This document shows positions 1 through 11,903 of a stretch of DNA of 64,000 bases, in pieces. Made by a program: the position numbers and the translations under genes. Origin of the DNA: Eledone cirrhosa (lineage: Eukaryota); assembly GCA_964016885.1 (NCBI GenBank), contig OZ024755.1, positions 12,400,001 through 12,464,000 on the forward strand, in the 5' to 3' direction. The first letter of the stretch is position 1. Each line of letters begins with the position of its first letter. Under the pieces are notes generated by a model. The model was not told the DNA's origin and did no database searches. It saw only the letters and a program-made list of their open reading frames with translations.

Positions 1-312
1 CAAAGAAGGTACACCGGTTGTATATAAAGGTGTATTAGATAACTTTCTGAGTCAAAGAAGGTACACCGGTTGTATATAAAGGTGTATTAGATAACTTTCT
101 GAGTCAAAGAAGGTACACCGGTTGTATATAAAGGTGTATTAGATAACTTTCTGAGTCAAAGAAGGTACACCGGTTGTATATAAAGGTGTATTAGATAACT
201 TTCTGAGTCAAAGAAGGTACACCGGTTGTATATAAAGGGTATTAGATATCTTTCTTAGTCAAAGAAGGAGCACCGGTTGTATATAAGTATTATTAGAAAT
301 TTTCCATAGTCA
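1..312. repeat. 52-bp minisatellite, about 6 copies, truncated by the window edge
   Basis: Unit CAAAGAAGGTACACCGGTTGTATATAAAGGTGTATTAGATAACTTTCTGAGT starts at 1, 53, 105, 157 and 209; the last copies are diverged. Confidence 0.95.
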
Positions 313-612
313 GACATGGTGTATGAACTTTACGTGGACATTTCAATTATTTAAATAAATAAGTAATTAATATCAAACTTGACAAAATTTCCCCCTGTAG
401 GTTTTATTAAAATATTACCAGTTGTATGGGGGAGGACCCTCCAAGTAAGTATATATGAGAGAGTGTTTAGTTAAGTAAGTTAAGCATTTGGTCCCCATGT
501 GTCTATCTAATAAAATGTAAAAAGAAAACGACTATTTACTAGTGTTGCCAGTACAAACGTATCGTTTACTTCTTACTGATGGCATCTATGATAGGGAGAG
601 AGGTTTGGGGCT

Positions 613-1880
613 TTGGGTGGTGTGGTGTTGATGGTGGTAGGGTTTATAGGGTGGTGTGGGGTTGATGGTGGTGGTGTACGTGGGGTTTGTTGGGTGGTGT
701 GGTGGTGGAGTTTGTTGGGTGGTGTGGTGGTGGAGTTTGTTGGGTGGTGTGGTGGTGGAGTTTGTTGGGTGGTGTGTGGTGGAGTTTGTTGGGTGGTGTG
801 GTGGTGGAGTTTGTTGGGTGGTGGTGGAGTTTGTTGGGTGGTGGTGGAGTTTGTTGGGTGGTGTGGTGTTGAGGTTGATGTGGTGTGGTGTGTTGAGGTT
901 GATGTGGTGTGGTGTATTGATGTGGGGTTGATAGGGTGGTGTGGTGTTGATGGTGGTGGGGTTGATAGGGTGGTGTGGTGTTGGTGGTGGGGTTGATAGG
1001 GTGGTGTGGTGTTGGTGGTGGGGTTGATAGGGTGGTGGAGGTGGGGTTTGTTGGGTGGTGGGGTTTAATGGGTGGTGTGGTGTTGATGGTGGTGGGGTTT
1101 GTTGGGTGGTGGGGTGTTGATGATGGTGGGGTTGATAGGGTGGTGTGGTGTTGATGGTGGTGGGGTTTATAGTGTGGTGTGGGGTTGATGTGGTGGTGGT
1201 GGTCGGTTTATTGGGTGGTGTGGTTGATATGGCGATGCGATGGTAGGGGGCTGATGTGGTGGTGGGTTTATAGGGTGGTGTGGTTGATAGGGTAGAGTGG
1301 AGGTGGGGGTTGATATGGCGATGTGATAGTAGGGGGCTGATGAGGGGGGGCTGATGAGGGGTAGCTGTGGGGTGGTGGGTAGTGGAGGGGGTGAATATGG
1401 GGAGGGTTAATATGGTGGTGGGTTGTGTTGTGCAGTGCAGTGCTGTGGTGGTGAGGCTGAGAGGGTGGTGTGGTGGTGATGATGGGGAGTTGATATGGTG
1501 GTGGTGGTGGCACTAACTGCCTGGTAGACGTATAGGGATTGGGTGTGTGTGGGTGGGGAATATAAAGTCAGAGAGGGAAGGAGGGTTAGTGAAATATAGG
1601 GTGTTATTAAGGGGTCGAAAAACTGATTAAGAGTGTATGTGATGAGTACGTTAATGGAGCAAATGGAAAACATATTTTCAAGTGTGTGTGGTGTGGTGTG
1701 GTGTAGTGTGGTGTAGTGTGGTGAGGGTGTGGTGTAGTGTGGTGAGGGTGTGGTGAGGGTTTGGTGGGGTGTGGTGAGGGTTTGGTGGGGTGTGGTGAGG
1801 GTTTGGTGGTGTGTGGTGAGGGTTTGCTGGGGTGTGGTGGGGTGTGGTGAGAGTTTGGTGGGGTGTAGTGTGGTGTGTAT
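613..1880. repeat. GT-rich low-complexity/minisatellite region
   Basis: Degenerate GGTGGTGTG and GTGAGGGTTTGGTGGGGTGTG units; the overlapping ORFs are artefacts. Confidence 0.9.
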
Positions 1881-1949
1881 GTGAGGGGCTACGTGCACAA
1901 AGGGAGTCAAATTGGCAGTGCTTAGAACAAAGGATAGAATACTTTACGG

Positions 1950-2169
1950 CAGGCATGTCAAACATGCGGCCCTTTACAACCACACCTGCGGCCCTTTACA
2001 ACCACACCTGCGGCCCGCACAAAGGTTTTTACAGCGGGAACGTAATATAAAATAAAAAAATATTAGTTGTAATATGCGCAATTAGTTTTCTCAGACAACA
2101 CATATGTGACCCATCAAGCCCTCGGGGGACCCATCAGACCCTCGGGGGACTCTCAGTTTGACATGCCTG
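1950..2169. mobile_element. hAT-type MITE nested in a degenerate SINE
   Basis: TIRs CAGGCATGTCAAAC / GTTTGACATGCCTG, internal GCGGCCC motifs, and 8-bp flanks CTTTACGG / ACTTACGG (degenerate TSD). SINE sequence resumes at about 2178-2265. Confidence 0.8.
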
Positions 2170-2424
2170 ACTTACGGGATTCGATGATGGTGTTTGGAGT
2201 TCAAATCACGCTGATGGTATATTTTGCTTTTCATCCTTTCAAGGTCGATAAATAAAGTAGCAGTCCCCTACTAAAGTCTATTACATACTAAGTCTACTAA
2301 GGCCTACATACATATATATATATATACATATGAATGTCACCCCACTGTTGATCAATATGCTCATATGTTTTATGTGTCTCTTGGGTTGAAAAGGAGGTCA
2401 AGTATGTTATAGATCAGTAAATAG

Positions 2425-2473
2425 TTGCTCCGAAGAATCCAAACCTCGGTTTGGAGGAAACAATTGTAAGCAA
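2425..2473 (+). ncRNA. Type I hammerhead ribozyme motif (CCGAAGA core variant)
   Basis: ttgct-CCGAAGA-a-tccaaac(ctcg)gtttgga-g-GAAA-caattg-TA^agcaa: perfect stem I, 7-bp stem II and palindromic loop 3, followed by AATAAA. Confidence 0.7.
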
Positions 2474-2965
2474 ATAAATGTCTTAAACTGAACTTTGATT
2501 ATTGTAATCTCTATATACATATATATATATACATACATACATATATATACATATATATATAACGGCGATGAATTTCTTTTGCAAGGTTTTTTATATGAAA
2601 TCGTGTGTCGAAACAAATATTGTTATACTTTAATATTGCCAGAAATAATAACAGAACACATTCAATATATATATGTATATATATATATATATGTATATAT
2701 ATATGTGTGTGTGTATTATATATCCTCCTACAACTCTTCACCCCCCCCCCCCACTCCGCTGTAATTCACACAACTTAACAATATCCTTTGATAGTGGAAT
2801 TGTTTCTTTATCTTTCTGCTTTTCTGCATTTCTCTTCTATCAAAAGGACCCGATGGAAACTGCAGTGTGTATATATACACGCATTTCTATATATTTATAC
2901 ACACTCGCATATTTATATATACAGATACATACAGGAATATGCATATTTATATATGCGTGCACATG

Positions 2966-3032
<67 letters not shown>

Positions 3033-3387
3033 CATACATGTGTACATTTATGTAGTATACCCGTAAAAATGTGCACGTATGTATTTGCTTACATGTATGT
3101 GTGTGTAGTCACGCGTGTATATTTATACACACATGTATATGTGCATTTATGAATGTGTATATTACGAATCGTAAAAATATATGCGTGTGTATGTATATAT
3201 ATATATGTACATACACACATCCACACACGTGTGTGTGTGTGTATGTGTACACGAGTGTCCCTCTAGACAGGATGAAGGCAAGTCTCAGACAGAGATAGTT
3301 TGACAGCATGAAATAAAACCAGTTGTATTTTGGCTTACCTCAGCATCTTGGAAGGAAGAGAATAAAAACATGACTAGAGTCGGGTGT

Positions 3388-4326
3388 CTGGTGGTGGTGG
3401 TGGTGGTGATAGTGGTGAGGTAGGGTGGTGATGGTGGTGAGGTAGGGTGGTGATGGTGGTGAGGTAGGGTGGTGGTGGTGGTGAGGTAGGGTGGTGGTGG
3501 TGGTGAGGTAGGGTGGTGGTGGTGGTGAGGTAGGGTGGTGGTAGTGGTTGTCGTAGGGTGGTGGTAGTGGTTGTCGTAGGGTGGTGGTAGTGGTTGTCGT
3601 AGGGTGGTGGTAATGGTTGTCGTAGGGTGGTGGTAATGGTTGTCGTAGGGTGGTGGTAGTGGTTGTCGTAAGGTGGTGGTAGTGGTTGTAAGGTGGTGGT
3701 AGTGGTTGTCGTAGGGTGGTGGTAGTGGTTGTCGTAGGGTGGTGGTAGTGGTTGTGGTAGTGGTTGTCGTAGGGTGGTGGTAATGGTTGTCGTAGGGTGG
3801 TGGTAGTGGTTGTCGTAGGGTGGTGGTAGTGGTTGTGGTAGTGGTTGTCGTAGGGTGGTGGTAGTTGTTGTCGTAGGGTGGTGGTAGTGGTTGTCGTAGG
3901 GTGGTGGTAGTGGTTGTCGTAGGGTGGTGGTAGTGGTTGTCGTAGGGTGGTGGTAGTGGTTGTCGTAGGGTGGTGATGGTGGTGAGGTAGGGTGGTGGTA
4001 GTGGTTGTGGTGGTGGTAATGGTAGTGTTTGCGGTGATCCTGGTTGTGGTAACGGTGGTGATGGTGGCTTTTACGTCGGTGCTATTAATATGTGGCAGTA
4101 CTGGTAATAGTAGTAGTAGTAGTAGTAGTAGTACCGCTGATATTTTGTGATGGTGGTGTAGATACCGATGATGGTGGTGGTGGTGTTGACATGTAGTGGT
4201 GTGTGTGTGTGGGGGGGGGTATTGATGGTAGTGGTGGTGTTGGTAGATGTAAAATATAGTATGGGAGGAGCATTAGGCATCGGATATCGCTGATGAGAAT
4301 GTGGGGTAAGCATTGATACCGGTGGT

Positions 4327-4357
<31 letters not shown>

Positions 4358-4560
4358 ATGGTGGTGGTGCTGATGGTGGTGGTGGTGGGGGTGGTGGGGG
4401 TGGTGATGGTAGTGATGGTGGTGGTGGTGGTGGTCGTCGTCGTGTTGGTGGTGATGGTGGTAGTGATGGTGATGGTGGTAGTGATGGTGATGGTGGTAGT
4501 GGTGGTGATGGTGGTAGTGATGGCGGTGGTAGTGATGGCGGTGGTGGCAATGTTGGTGTT
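3388..4560. repeat. 21-bp GGT-rich minisatellite and (GGT/GAT)n tracts
   Basis: Repeats of GGTGGTGGTAGTGGTTGTCGTAG type and trinucleotide runs. Confidence 0.9.
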
Positions 4561-4825
4561 TCTATAATAGCTGAAATGTGGAGTGTAGTCGCCTCAACGC
4601 AGATGATTATAATAATTACATTAAACGATATGTCCCTCATTTTTAAAGATAGAACAATGTGATTTGAGGAAAATTTGGTTGCTATTTCTAGCAGATTGAG
4701 TGACTATAGTAGAAAATACATATGCCTAAGGTGCCAGGCAATGGTACTGGACTCGAAGTTGTGAAGAGAGCTCCATAAACATCCATGTATTTTTTTTTTT
4801 TTTACTCTAAGAGAGAGAGAGAGAT

Positions 4826-4993
4826 TACCATATTTCCCGGCACCCTAATTACCATATTTCCCGGCACCCTAATTTTGACAGCCAAAAATTTGGAAAAAAA
4901 ATAATAAACAACCTTCGGCCTCCGGGATGCATGGTAGATTTTTTAGACTTATTTTAGGATAAAAATAGAGACTTCGACGCCGGGAAATATGTT
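4826..4993. mobile_element. Degenerate Tc1/mariner(pogo)-type MITE
   Basis: Left end TACCATATTTCCCGGC (locally duplicated) and right end GCCGGGAAATATGTTA form a TIR pair with TA flanks. Confidence 0.55.
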
Positions 4994-5033
4994 ATTTTGA
5001 ATAGCAATCATATTATAAAGATAATTTACTTAC

Positions 5034-5136
5034 GAGGAAGTATCAACGCGGCCGATATCCACGTAAAAGTCAAGGAATTTTCCACCTAAAAGGTATCCAA
5101 ATGCTGGCCCAATGATTGACATTGTATAGAAAATAC
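5034..5136 (-). CDS. SLCO4A1: Next SLCO/OATP coding exon (TM5 region), 103 bp; missed by the ORF track
   Basis: ttttcctacAG|GT ATT TTC TAT... reads (G)IFYTMSIIGPAFGYLLGGKFLDFYVDIGRVDTS, then TC|GTAAGT. Phase 1 matches the upstream exon, and GPAxGYLLGG is an OATP motif. The intron 5137-15328 is about 10.2 kb. Confidence 0.92.
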
Positions 5137-6166
5137 CTGTAGGAAAACAGTAAGGTGAAAATGTTATTTTAATTAAGCAAACGACGTTCTATTCAAAATA
5201 TATTGTACTTTGTTTCATTCTATTATTCAAAGGAAAAGGAAAAGGAATGGAGTTAGTCGTCAGATCGAATCAAGAAATTAATATTTCCATTGTTCTTTCT
5301 TTTGCTGATATTATCTACAGTTAGATCATGGAAACTATTTCCATTGGTCTTTCCATTTCAGGTAGTATCTATCGGCTGCAGCTTCTGGCCCCGCTTCGAA
5401 TGTAGAATATATTTATTTGCCGCTAGGAAGAGAAAAAATATCTAACGTTTCGGACAGGTGTGAGGTTAGCTTTGCCTTTCGGGGTCGCTAAAATAAAGTA
5501 CCAGTAATGCACTTGGGTTGATTTTATTGACTTTCCCCTCTCCCAAAATTGCTCGCCTTCTGCCTAAAGTAGAAACAATGATTAAACTGGTGTTTGAAAT
5601 ATATCTTAAAGGATCTCACATTAAATTATGATGGAAGGTTTTTAGATAAATATAAACATTTTAAAACAAATAGTTGTGTACCATAAAAACAGGGGTGGTT
5701 TGAGGCGGTTTATTAACAGCATTTAAGAGAGAAACCTTGAGCAGCAGATCTCATTGAAGTTGCATGTAAATCTAGGTTATGTTACCATTAAAATTAAATT
5801 CATGTCAACATAAAAAAAAAAAAATCATAACATGCGTGTTATAAGAGGGGAACTAAGAAATAATTATGTTAATGAACATAATGATTATGTTCATTAAGTG
5901 AACTAAATGTTTTATTGAAACCATGTTAAAACACACACACACACGCATACATAAATACAAGCACATCGTATGCACACACACACAAGGTTTCGTTCTGAAA
6001 GTTAAAAATCTTGTTGAGTGGTGAAGATTAAACACACGCACATATATATATATATATATACACACACACATATCCTTAAACACATTTATACACTAAAAAA
6101 AAAACGTACAGTAACATGTTTTTAGCCATAGGAACAAAGAAAAGAGTCTATTGAAATTATATATAT

Positions 6167-6228
<62 letters not shown>

Positions 6229-6484
6229 AACACATTTTATACATTATATATATACATTATATATATATATATATATATATAATTTGAAGCACGAGAGTTC
6301 ACTTGGTTCATTTTCTGAAAGGGAAATTTAAAGGAAAACAAACACAAGATATGGAATTAGGCTGAAAACACAGCTTTAGGTACACAGACAGACACATACA
6401 TATTAGTGTCAATGTGCACTAACACACACACAAGGGATTATATATATATATATATACATACGCACATGATATATTATAAACAAG

Positions 6485-6674
6485 GGCGGTGGATTGGCAG
6501 TATGGGTAAAGAGTCGGGCGCCATGCTTTGACGCATAGAGTTACGGCCCTTGCTATTCTGAGTTCAAATCCCGCCAAGGTTAACTTTGCCTTTCATCCTT
6601 ACGGGGTCGATAAAATAAAGTACCAGTAATACACTGAGTAATTGCTGGCCTTGTGCCAAAAGTAGAAACAATTA
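6485..6674 (+). mobile_element. tRNA-derived SINE, family A, full length
   Basis: A-box-like TGGCAGTATGGG, B box GAGTTCAAATCC, conserved CTTTGCCTTTCATCCTTACGGGGTCGATAAAATAAAGTACCAG body and GAAACAATTA tail. More than 15 copies in the window. Confidence 0.88.
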
Positions 6675-7067
6675 TATACATGCAGACTTTATATACACTA
6701 CCATGCGAGAAGCTATGTATGCAAATTCACACTGTTTGCTATAAAGCACGCATACACACACTCACGGGGGAGCCTGCGTATATATACATGACACACACAC
6801 GACACTCATGGCAGCAAAAGAAAGAAAGAGGTGTCACAGAAAGTCAAGTGAGATTAGGGTAGTGATTGTGCAGGTGTGTCAGACACGGATGATCGATTTA
6901 ATCAAGTACTGAACAACTGGCTGGAGTGGTTTATATCTTACATCCTGCATTGAGGTACGTCTATGACACTTAGAACGGTCGTGTCCATGAGAGAGAGAAA
7001 GAGAGAGAGAGAGAAAAAGAGAAAGAGAGAGAAAAAGAGTAAGATAGAAAAATGGAGGGAGAGAAAT

Positions 7068-7225
7068 TGCTTCTACTGTTTCACCAGGAAGCCCCTGATG
7101 ATTTCTCCCGAATGAAACAGTTCTAGTCCTGTAGAAGCCATTTCTATATTAAATATTTATACTCTGCTATGTATTTGGTACCTTACTTACTGTGGTTACC
7201 CCCGATTGAACCTGGGATAAACTTT
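7068..7225 (+). mobile_element. Hammerhead-bearing element (same family as 11441-11605), partial palindrome
   Basis: CTGATGA-tttctcccgaat-GAAAcag-ttctagtc-ctgTA-gaagcc, nearly identical to 11493-11600. Confidence 0.7.
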
Positions 7226-7394
7226 ATATATATATAAAGTAAAAAACAAAAACAATAACAAAGAGTGAAGTACGAACAGTGTTGGTATTAGGTTCACGCT
7301 TGGGAGTGGGGGTTGAGGGACTACGTTTCGGGCATAAGCCCTTCATGAGGAGAAAGGTGGGAAGGAAAATAGTTCCGAGAGGGTGTGAGGGGGA

Positions 7395-7428
<34 letters not shown>

Positions 7429-7489
7429 AGTATCTACCAAAGAGAAAATGAAATTAAAGTTTACATACGGAATATTCTATGTAAGAAAG

Positions 7490-7522
<33 letters not shown>

Positions 7523-7769
7523 GAAATTTCCCTCTTCGCTGGAGAAAGAAAATAAGCCTTATGTTAATTGTTAGTGACTTTTGGAGATAACTTAAAAGAA
7601 CTAAGAAACGGTTTCTCGCTCTTTCATGACCATATTTTCAATGGAAAGACACTACTTAAGCTTTAACCCGTTCCTTACCGTATTTCCAATCAAATATAAT
7701 GACTATGGTTTTCAAATGATTTTGAAAATAATCAGGATTTATTATTATAATTATTTTTTTTCCATTTGC

Positions 7770-8050
7770 CTCTAGAAAGTGCACGTCCTAGGAACAATCC
7801 CGAGAAATGCGTTTTTATGGAAGACCAGCAGTCACCCATGCATATACCAGTCTCCCTTCTCTACGCCACCGATGTTGTCTAAGGGAACGGCAAAGGCTGA
7901 TACAACTTGGCACCAATGATGACAACTCATTTCTCCAGCTAACGTGAAATGAAGTTTCTTTACTCAAGGACAACGCATCACCCAGTCCAAAAATCGAACT
8001 CTCAGTCTCACGATTTTGAATTCAACTCTCTAAAACCACCAAGCCACACG
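7770..8050 (-). mobile_element. Degenerate SINE with tRNA-like head (family B type)
   Basis: The reverse complement begins gcgtgtggcttggtggtt...gagagttcgatt. Similar segments lie at 20575-20965, 52830-52925 and 55000-55285. Confidence 0.6.
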
Positions 8051-8954
8051 CATTCACATATTCAGAATAACTTACATAATTAAAAACATAATAAACTTAA
8101 AGAATAACTAAAACGAGTCAATGTCATGGATTTTGTTAAGTTAAAAGGTTGATAATTAAGGCTTTAGACGTGTGAGGAAGTATCAAGAGCTGTCACTAGT
8201 TCGGCTGAACCATACGAGTGGGTCGAATGTAAAGCAGTTGTTATTGATCAGTATGTTGTTGAATAGCAGTGGTTAGATTATATCAAAGTTGACCTGTAAC
8301 AACTAACTTACATAACTACTATCTAATTGGTACAATAGAAGATCTCTGATGAATGTTTTAAATTTCAGATATCTTATCAGCTGCGTTTAGTAACAATAGG
8401 TGTTGGAGACACTCGTGTTTGTTAAATAATTTTCATCTCTCATTAATGTCCAACAGTACTAATGTGGTGGCGGGGTGAAGTGGTAGGGTTGACAGAACGT
8501 TGGATAGAATGCTTTGTAGTATTTGTTCTGGTTCTCAGCGCTCTGAATTCAAATCCCGCCTTCCATGGTTGGATTAAATGGAGACAGTTGCTTCTGACAG
8601 GGTCCACTGTAAGGCATGTTTTCATGAGAAAGTCGAAGGGGGTAGAAGAGCAGCATCAACATTTTTTTAGGTTTCATGGTGGAGCGTGTTATGAAATTTA
8701 CAGCTGACACTTATGTTGTTATAAAAGCCCTCACCTATGCAGGTTTAACTGGCTTCTTTCGAGGACACATCTCGGGTGTTTTAATGATAGGAGCCCTAGT
8801 TTTATCATGTTGTTGTTACAGCTCAGTTCACACATATGCAGGTTTAACTGGCCAACAAGGAGACATCGCACCACCGTGAATCGAATTCATGAAATTACGA
8901 GCATGAACCGAACACTATAACCACTAAGCCACACGTCTTTACATTAGTGAATAT

Positions 8955-9062
8955 AATTGTTTCTATTTTAGGCACAAGGCCAGCAATTACCCAGTGCATT
9001 ACTGGTACTTTATTTTATCGACCCCGTAAGGATGAAAAGCAAAGTCAACCTCGGCGGGATTT
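8955..9062 (-). mobile_element. SINE family A, 3' half
   Basis: Reverse complement of the family A body and tail. Confidence 0.8.
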
Positions 9063-9348
9063 AATAGTGAATATAATACAAGAGAAAGTGACATACAGCT
9101 GTCAAGGGAAAACGCTTAATTAAAATTATTCTACGCAAGAACGACGGCTGTTGATAGAGGAAATATGAGCTAAACATATCAATAAACAAGTAATTAGTAA
9201 CTAGAAAACAAACATGGTGCCAAAATCTATTACAGTGTAGTGAAAAAAGGTCTTCCCAAAGAGAGGGGGGGGTGTCACACACCCTTTTCACACCACCTTG
9301 GAGAGTGCCGAGTGAAATTGAGAATTTTCTTTTTTATTTTATATTCTC

Positions 9349-9540
9349 GTGGTGAACTGGCAGTATCAGTAGAGGGTCGAGAGCCATGCCTTGCAGCATA
9401 GAATTGCGGCCCTTTACGGTATGAGTTCAAATCCCGCCGAGGTTGACTTTGCCTTTCATCCTTACGGGGTCGATAAAATAAAGTACCAGTAATACACTGG
9501 AAAATTGCTGGCCTTGTGCCTAAAGTAGAAACAATTATTA
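9349..9540 (+). mobile_element. SINE family A, full length
   Basis: A and B boxes and conserved body as at 6485. Confidence 0.88.
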
Positions 9541-9631
9541 TTCTATAATCACCAATTTATATTCTAGCTTTAAGATCATTATTTGCAATTTTGTGTATTT
9601 AAAAGAAATCCACACATTTAAGATTTAATAA

Positions 9632-9824
9632 TTGTTTCTACTTTTGGCACAAGGCCAGCAATTATCCCAGTGTATTACTGGTACTTTATTTTATCGACCC
9701 CGTAAGGATGAAAGGCAAAGTTAACCTCGGCGGGATTTGAACTCAGAATGGCAAGGGCCGTAACTCTATACGTCAAAGCATGGCGTCCGACCTGCCAATC
9801 CACCGATACTGCCAATCCACCGCC
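9632..9824 (-). mobile_element. SINE family A with 16-bp TSD
   Basis: ATTTAAGATTTAATAA occurs at 9616-9631 and again at 9825-9840. Confidence 0.9.
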
Positions 9825-10129
9825 ATTTAAGATTTAATAATGATTTCCAATTTAGTTCGAACCAGCCGCGCTGGCTTTGCTTTTCATCTGATTGGGATCC
9901 AGAAAATGTATAGTTTGTAAATCGATCGATCGATTAAATTACAATCACAATAGTTTAGTTGTTGATGTGATAAAATAATAAAATATTCAAATCTGAATTT
10001 GTAAAGCGAATAGCAAATAAAATATATCTTATTGGCGTTAAATTCTCAATACGCAACGCATCAATACCTGTATTTTACCTGACCTAGATAACATACAGGT
10101 GGTATGTCAAAATACGACGACAGTCTTTC

Positions 10130-10545
10130 GGCCGCTGTTCAGCAGAGCATATAGTGTTCCAGCTGAGAACACGCTATTTAACAGAGAATGTATCCAGTTG
10201 AGAACTAGCTATCCAACAGAGCATATACCGTTCCAGGTGATAACAGTTTATTCAGAAGAGCACGTATCGTTCCATGGAAAATCAACTTATCCAATAGATC
10301 ATATTTCGTTTCATGTAAGCACAGCTTATCCAACAGAGAGCACATATCCAGTTGATAACACGCTGTCCAGCAGAGAGAATATATCCAGTTAATAACAGGC
10401 TATCCATCAAAGAGAATATATCCAGTTGATAACAGGCTATCCAGCAGAGCATATATTGTCCCATGTAAGAACAGGTTGTCCAACAGGACAGCTCTAGTTT
10501 CAGCTGATAATACATTATCTATCGTTAGAACTGATAACACAAGAC
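10130..10545. repeat. Old degenerate tandem repeat (TATCCAGTTGATAACAG-like units)
   Basis: Recurring tatccagttgataaca / tatccaacagag motifs. Confidence 0.65.
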
Positions 10546-11107
10546 ATCTATCGTTATTCAACAAGACGTAAACACAGCATGACTTAATGGTTATGGACTT
10601 CACTTCACAATCATCAGGTCCCGGGTTCGATCCCACTGTGTGGGGGGAGAGCTGAAGAGTGTGTCTGTATATAAGTGTATGTATATGCGTACGTCTGCTC
10701 CAATACCCAAGGACAAGTATCATTTACTATCGCCAGGACTCGATTGTATATATAACGTATAGATTTATATATGTGTGTGCGTGTGTGTGCGAGGACGTGC
10801 GTGCGTGCGTGTGCGTGCGTGCGTGTGCGTGCGTGCGAGAAAGAGTGTTTGCATTTACGCGTCGTCTGGTTTGCTTCCTCATAGTCGCTTCTGATTGAAC
10901 CAGCCCCGTAGCTTCCCACACCCCCATCATAACCATATAACTAAAGCAGCCTTTGATCTCTCACTCCCAGTAGTGGAGTAGAGCTTTATTGATCGACCTC
11001 GAAAAAGATGAAAAAGTTGACCTTAGCAAGATTTGAACTCGAAGCGTAGTGAGCTGGAACGAATATCGCAAAGCACTTTATCTGACACCCAACCAACAAT
11101 GTTGTAT

Positions 11108-11192
11108 ATACAGGGTGTCCCCCCCCCCAAAAAAAAAAATGTATACACACTTGGATTAGAATGCTGTTGAAGTATGTATATATGTTTTTGGT
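11108..11192. mobile_element. Mariner-type MITE remnant
   Basis: TA-CAGGGTGTCCC...AAAAAATGTATACACACT with a partial inverted counterpart AGTATGTATATATGTTTTTGG. Confidence 0.5.
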
Positions 11193-11219
11193 CTCTCTGT
11201 CTCTCTCTATTATATATAT

Positions 11220-11272
<53 letters not shown>

Positions 11273-11284
11273 AATATATATATA

Positions 11285-11318
<34 letters not shown>

Positions 11319-11323
11319 AATAT

Positions 11324-11438
<115 letters not shown>

Positions 11439-11441
11439 AAT

Positions 11442-11492
11442 GGCTTCTACAAGACTAGAACTATTTCATTCGGGAGAAATCATCAGGAAGCC
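11442..11492 (-). ncRNA. Type I hammerhead ribozyme motif, left arm of palindrome 11441-11538
   Basis: Minus strand: ggcttc-CTGATGA-t-ttc(tccc)gaa-t-GAAA-tag(ttctagtc)ttg-TA^gaagcc, with a 6-bp stem I. Confidence 0.75.
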
Positions 11493-11661
11493 CTGATGAT
11501 TTCTCCCGAATGAAACAGTTTTAGTCCTGTAGAAGCCAATTCTATATTAAATATTTATACTCTGCACCTTACTTACTGTGGTTACCTCCGATTGAACCCG
11601 GCATAACATATATATATATATATATAATATAAAATCAAAAGATGGTTAAAAGAGTTCCATG

Positions 11662-11732
11662 TATTTTATTATGCGCATTTCAAAAACAAATATCATCATG
11701 GGATGATATTTGCGTTCTCATCAGATAAAATA
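11662..11732 (-). ncRNA. Type I minimal hammerhead, mirror copy of 11833-11903
   Basis: Identical reverse complement inside the roughly 300-bp palindrome 11631-11933. Confidence 0.8.
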
Positions 11733-11832
11733 GGGAGACATGATATGAAGCTTAAAAAACACTTGCGAGCAGTGAAGTGTTAAATCAACTTCACTGCTCG
11801 CAAGTGTTTTTAAGCTTCATATCATGTCTCCC

Positions 11833-11903
11833 TATTTTATCTGATGAGAACGCAAATATCATCCCATGATGATATTTGTTTTTGAAATGCGCATAATAAA
11901 ATA
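11833..11903 (+). ncRNA. Type I minimal hammerhead ribozyme motif
   Basis: tattttat-CTGATGA-[about 15-bp stem II, loop ccat]-GAAA-tgcgca-TA^ataaaata: 8-bp stem I and palindromic loop 3. Confidence 0.82.

Noticed and set aside
3335-3390. Donor-like GAG|GTAAGC as the next SLCO exon
   Set aside because: No frame gives the expected PxWVGAWW motif; that exon probably lies before position 1.
6485-6674. tRNA genes suggested by A/B boxes
   Set aside because: No complete cloverleaf; the boxes sit in multi-copy SINE heads with a shared body and tail.
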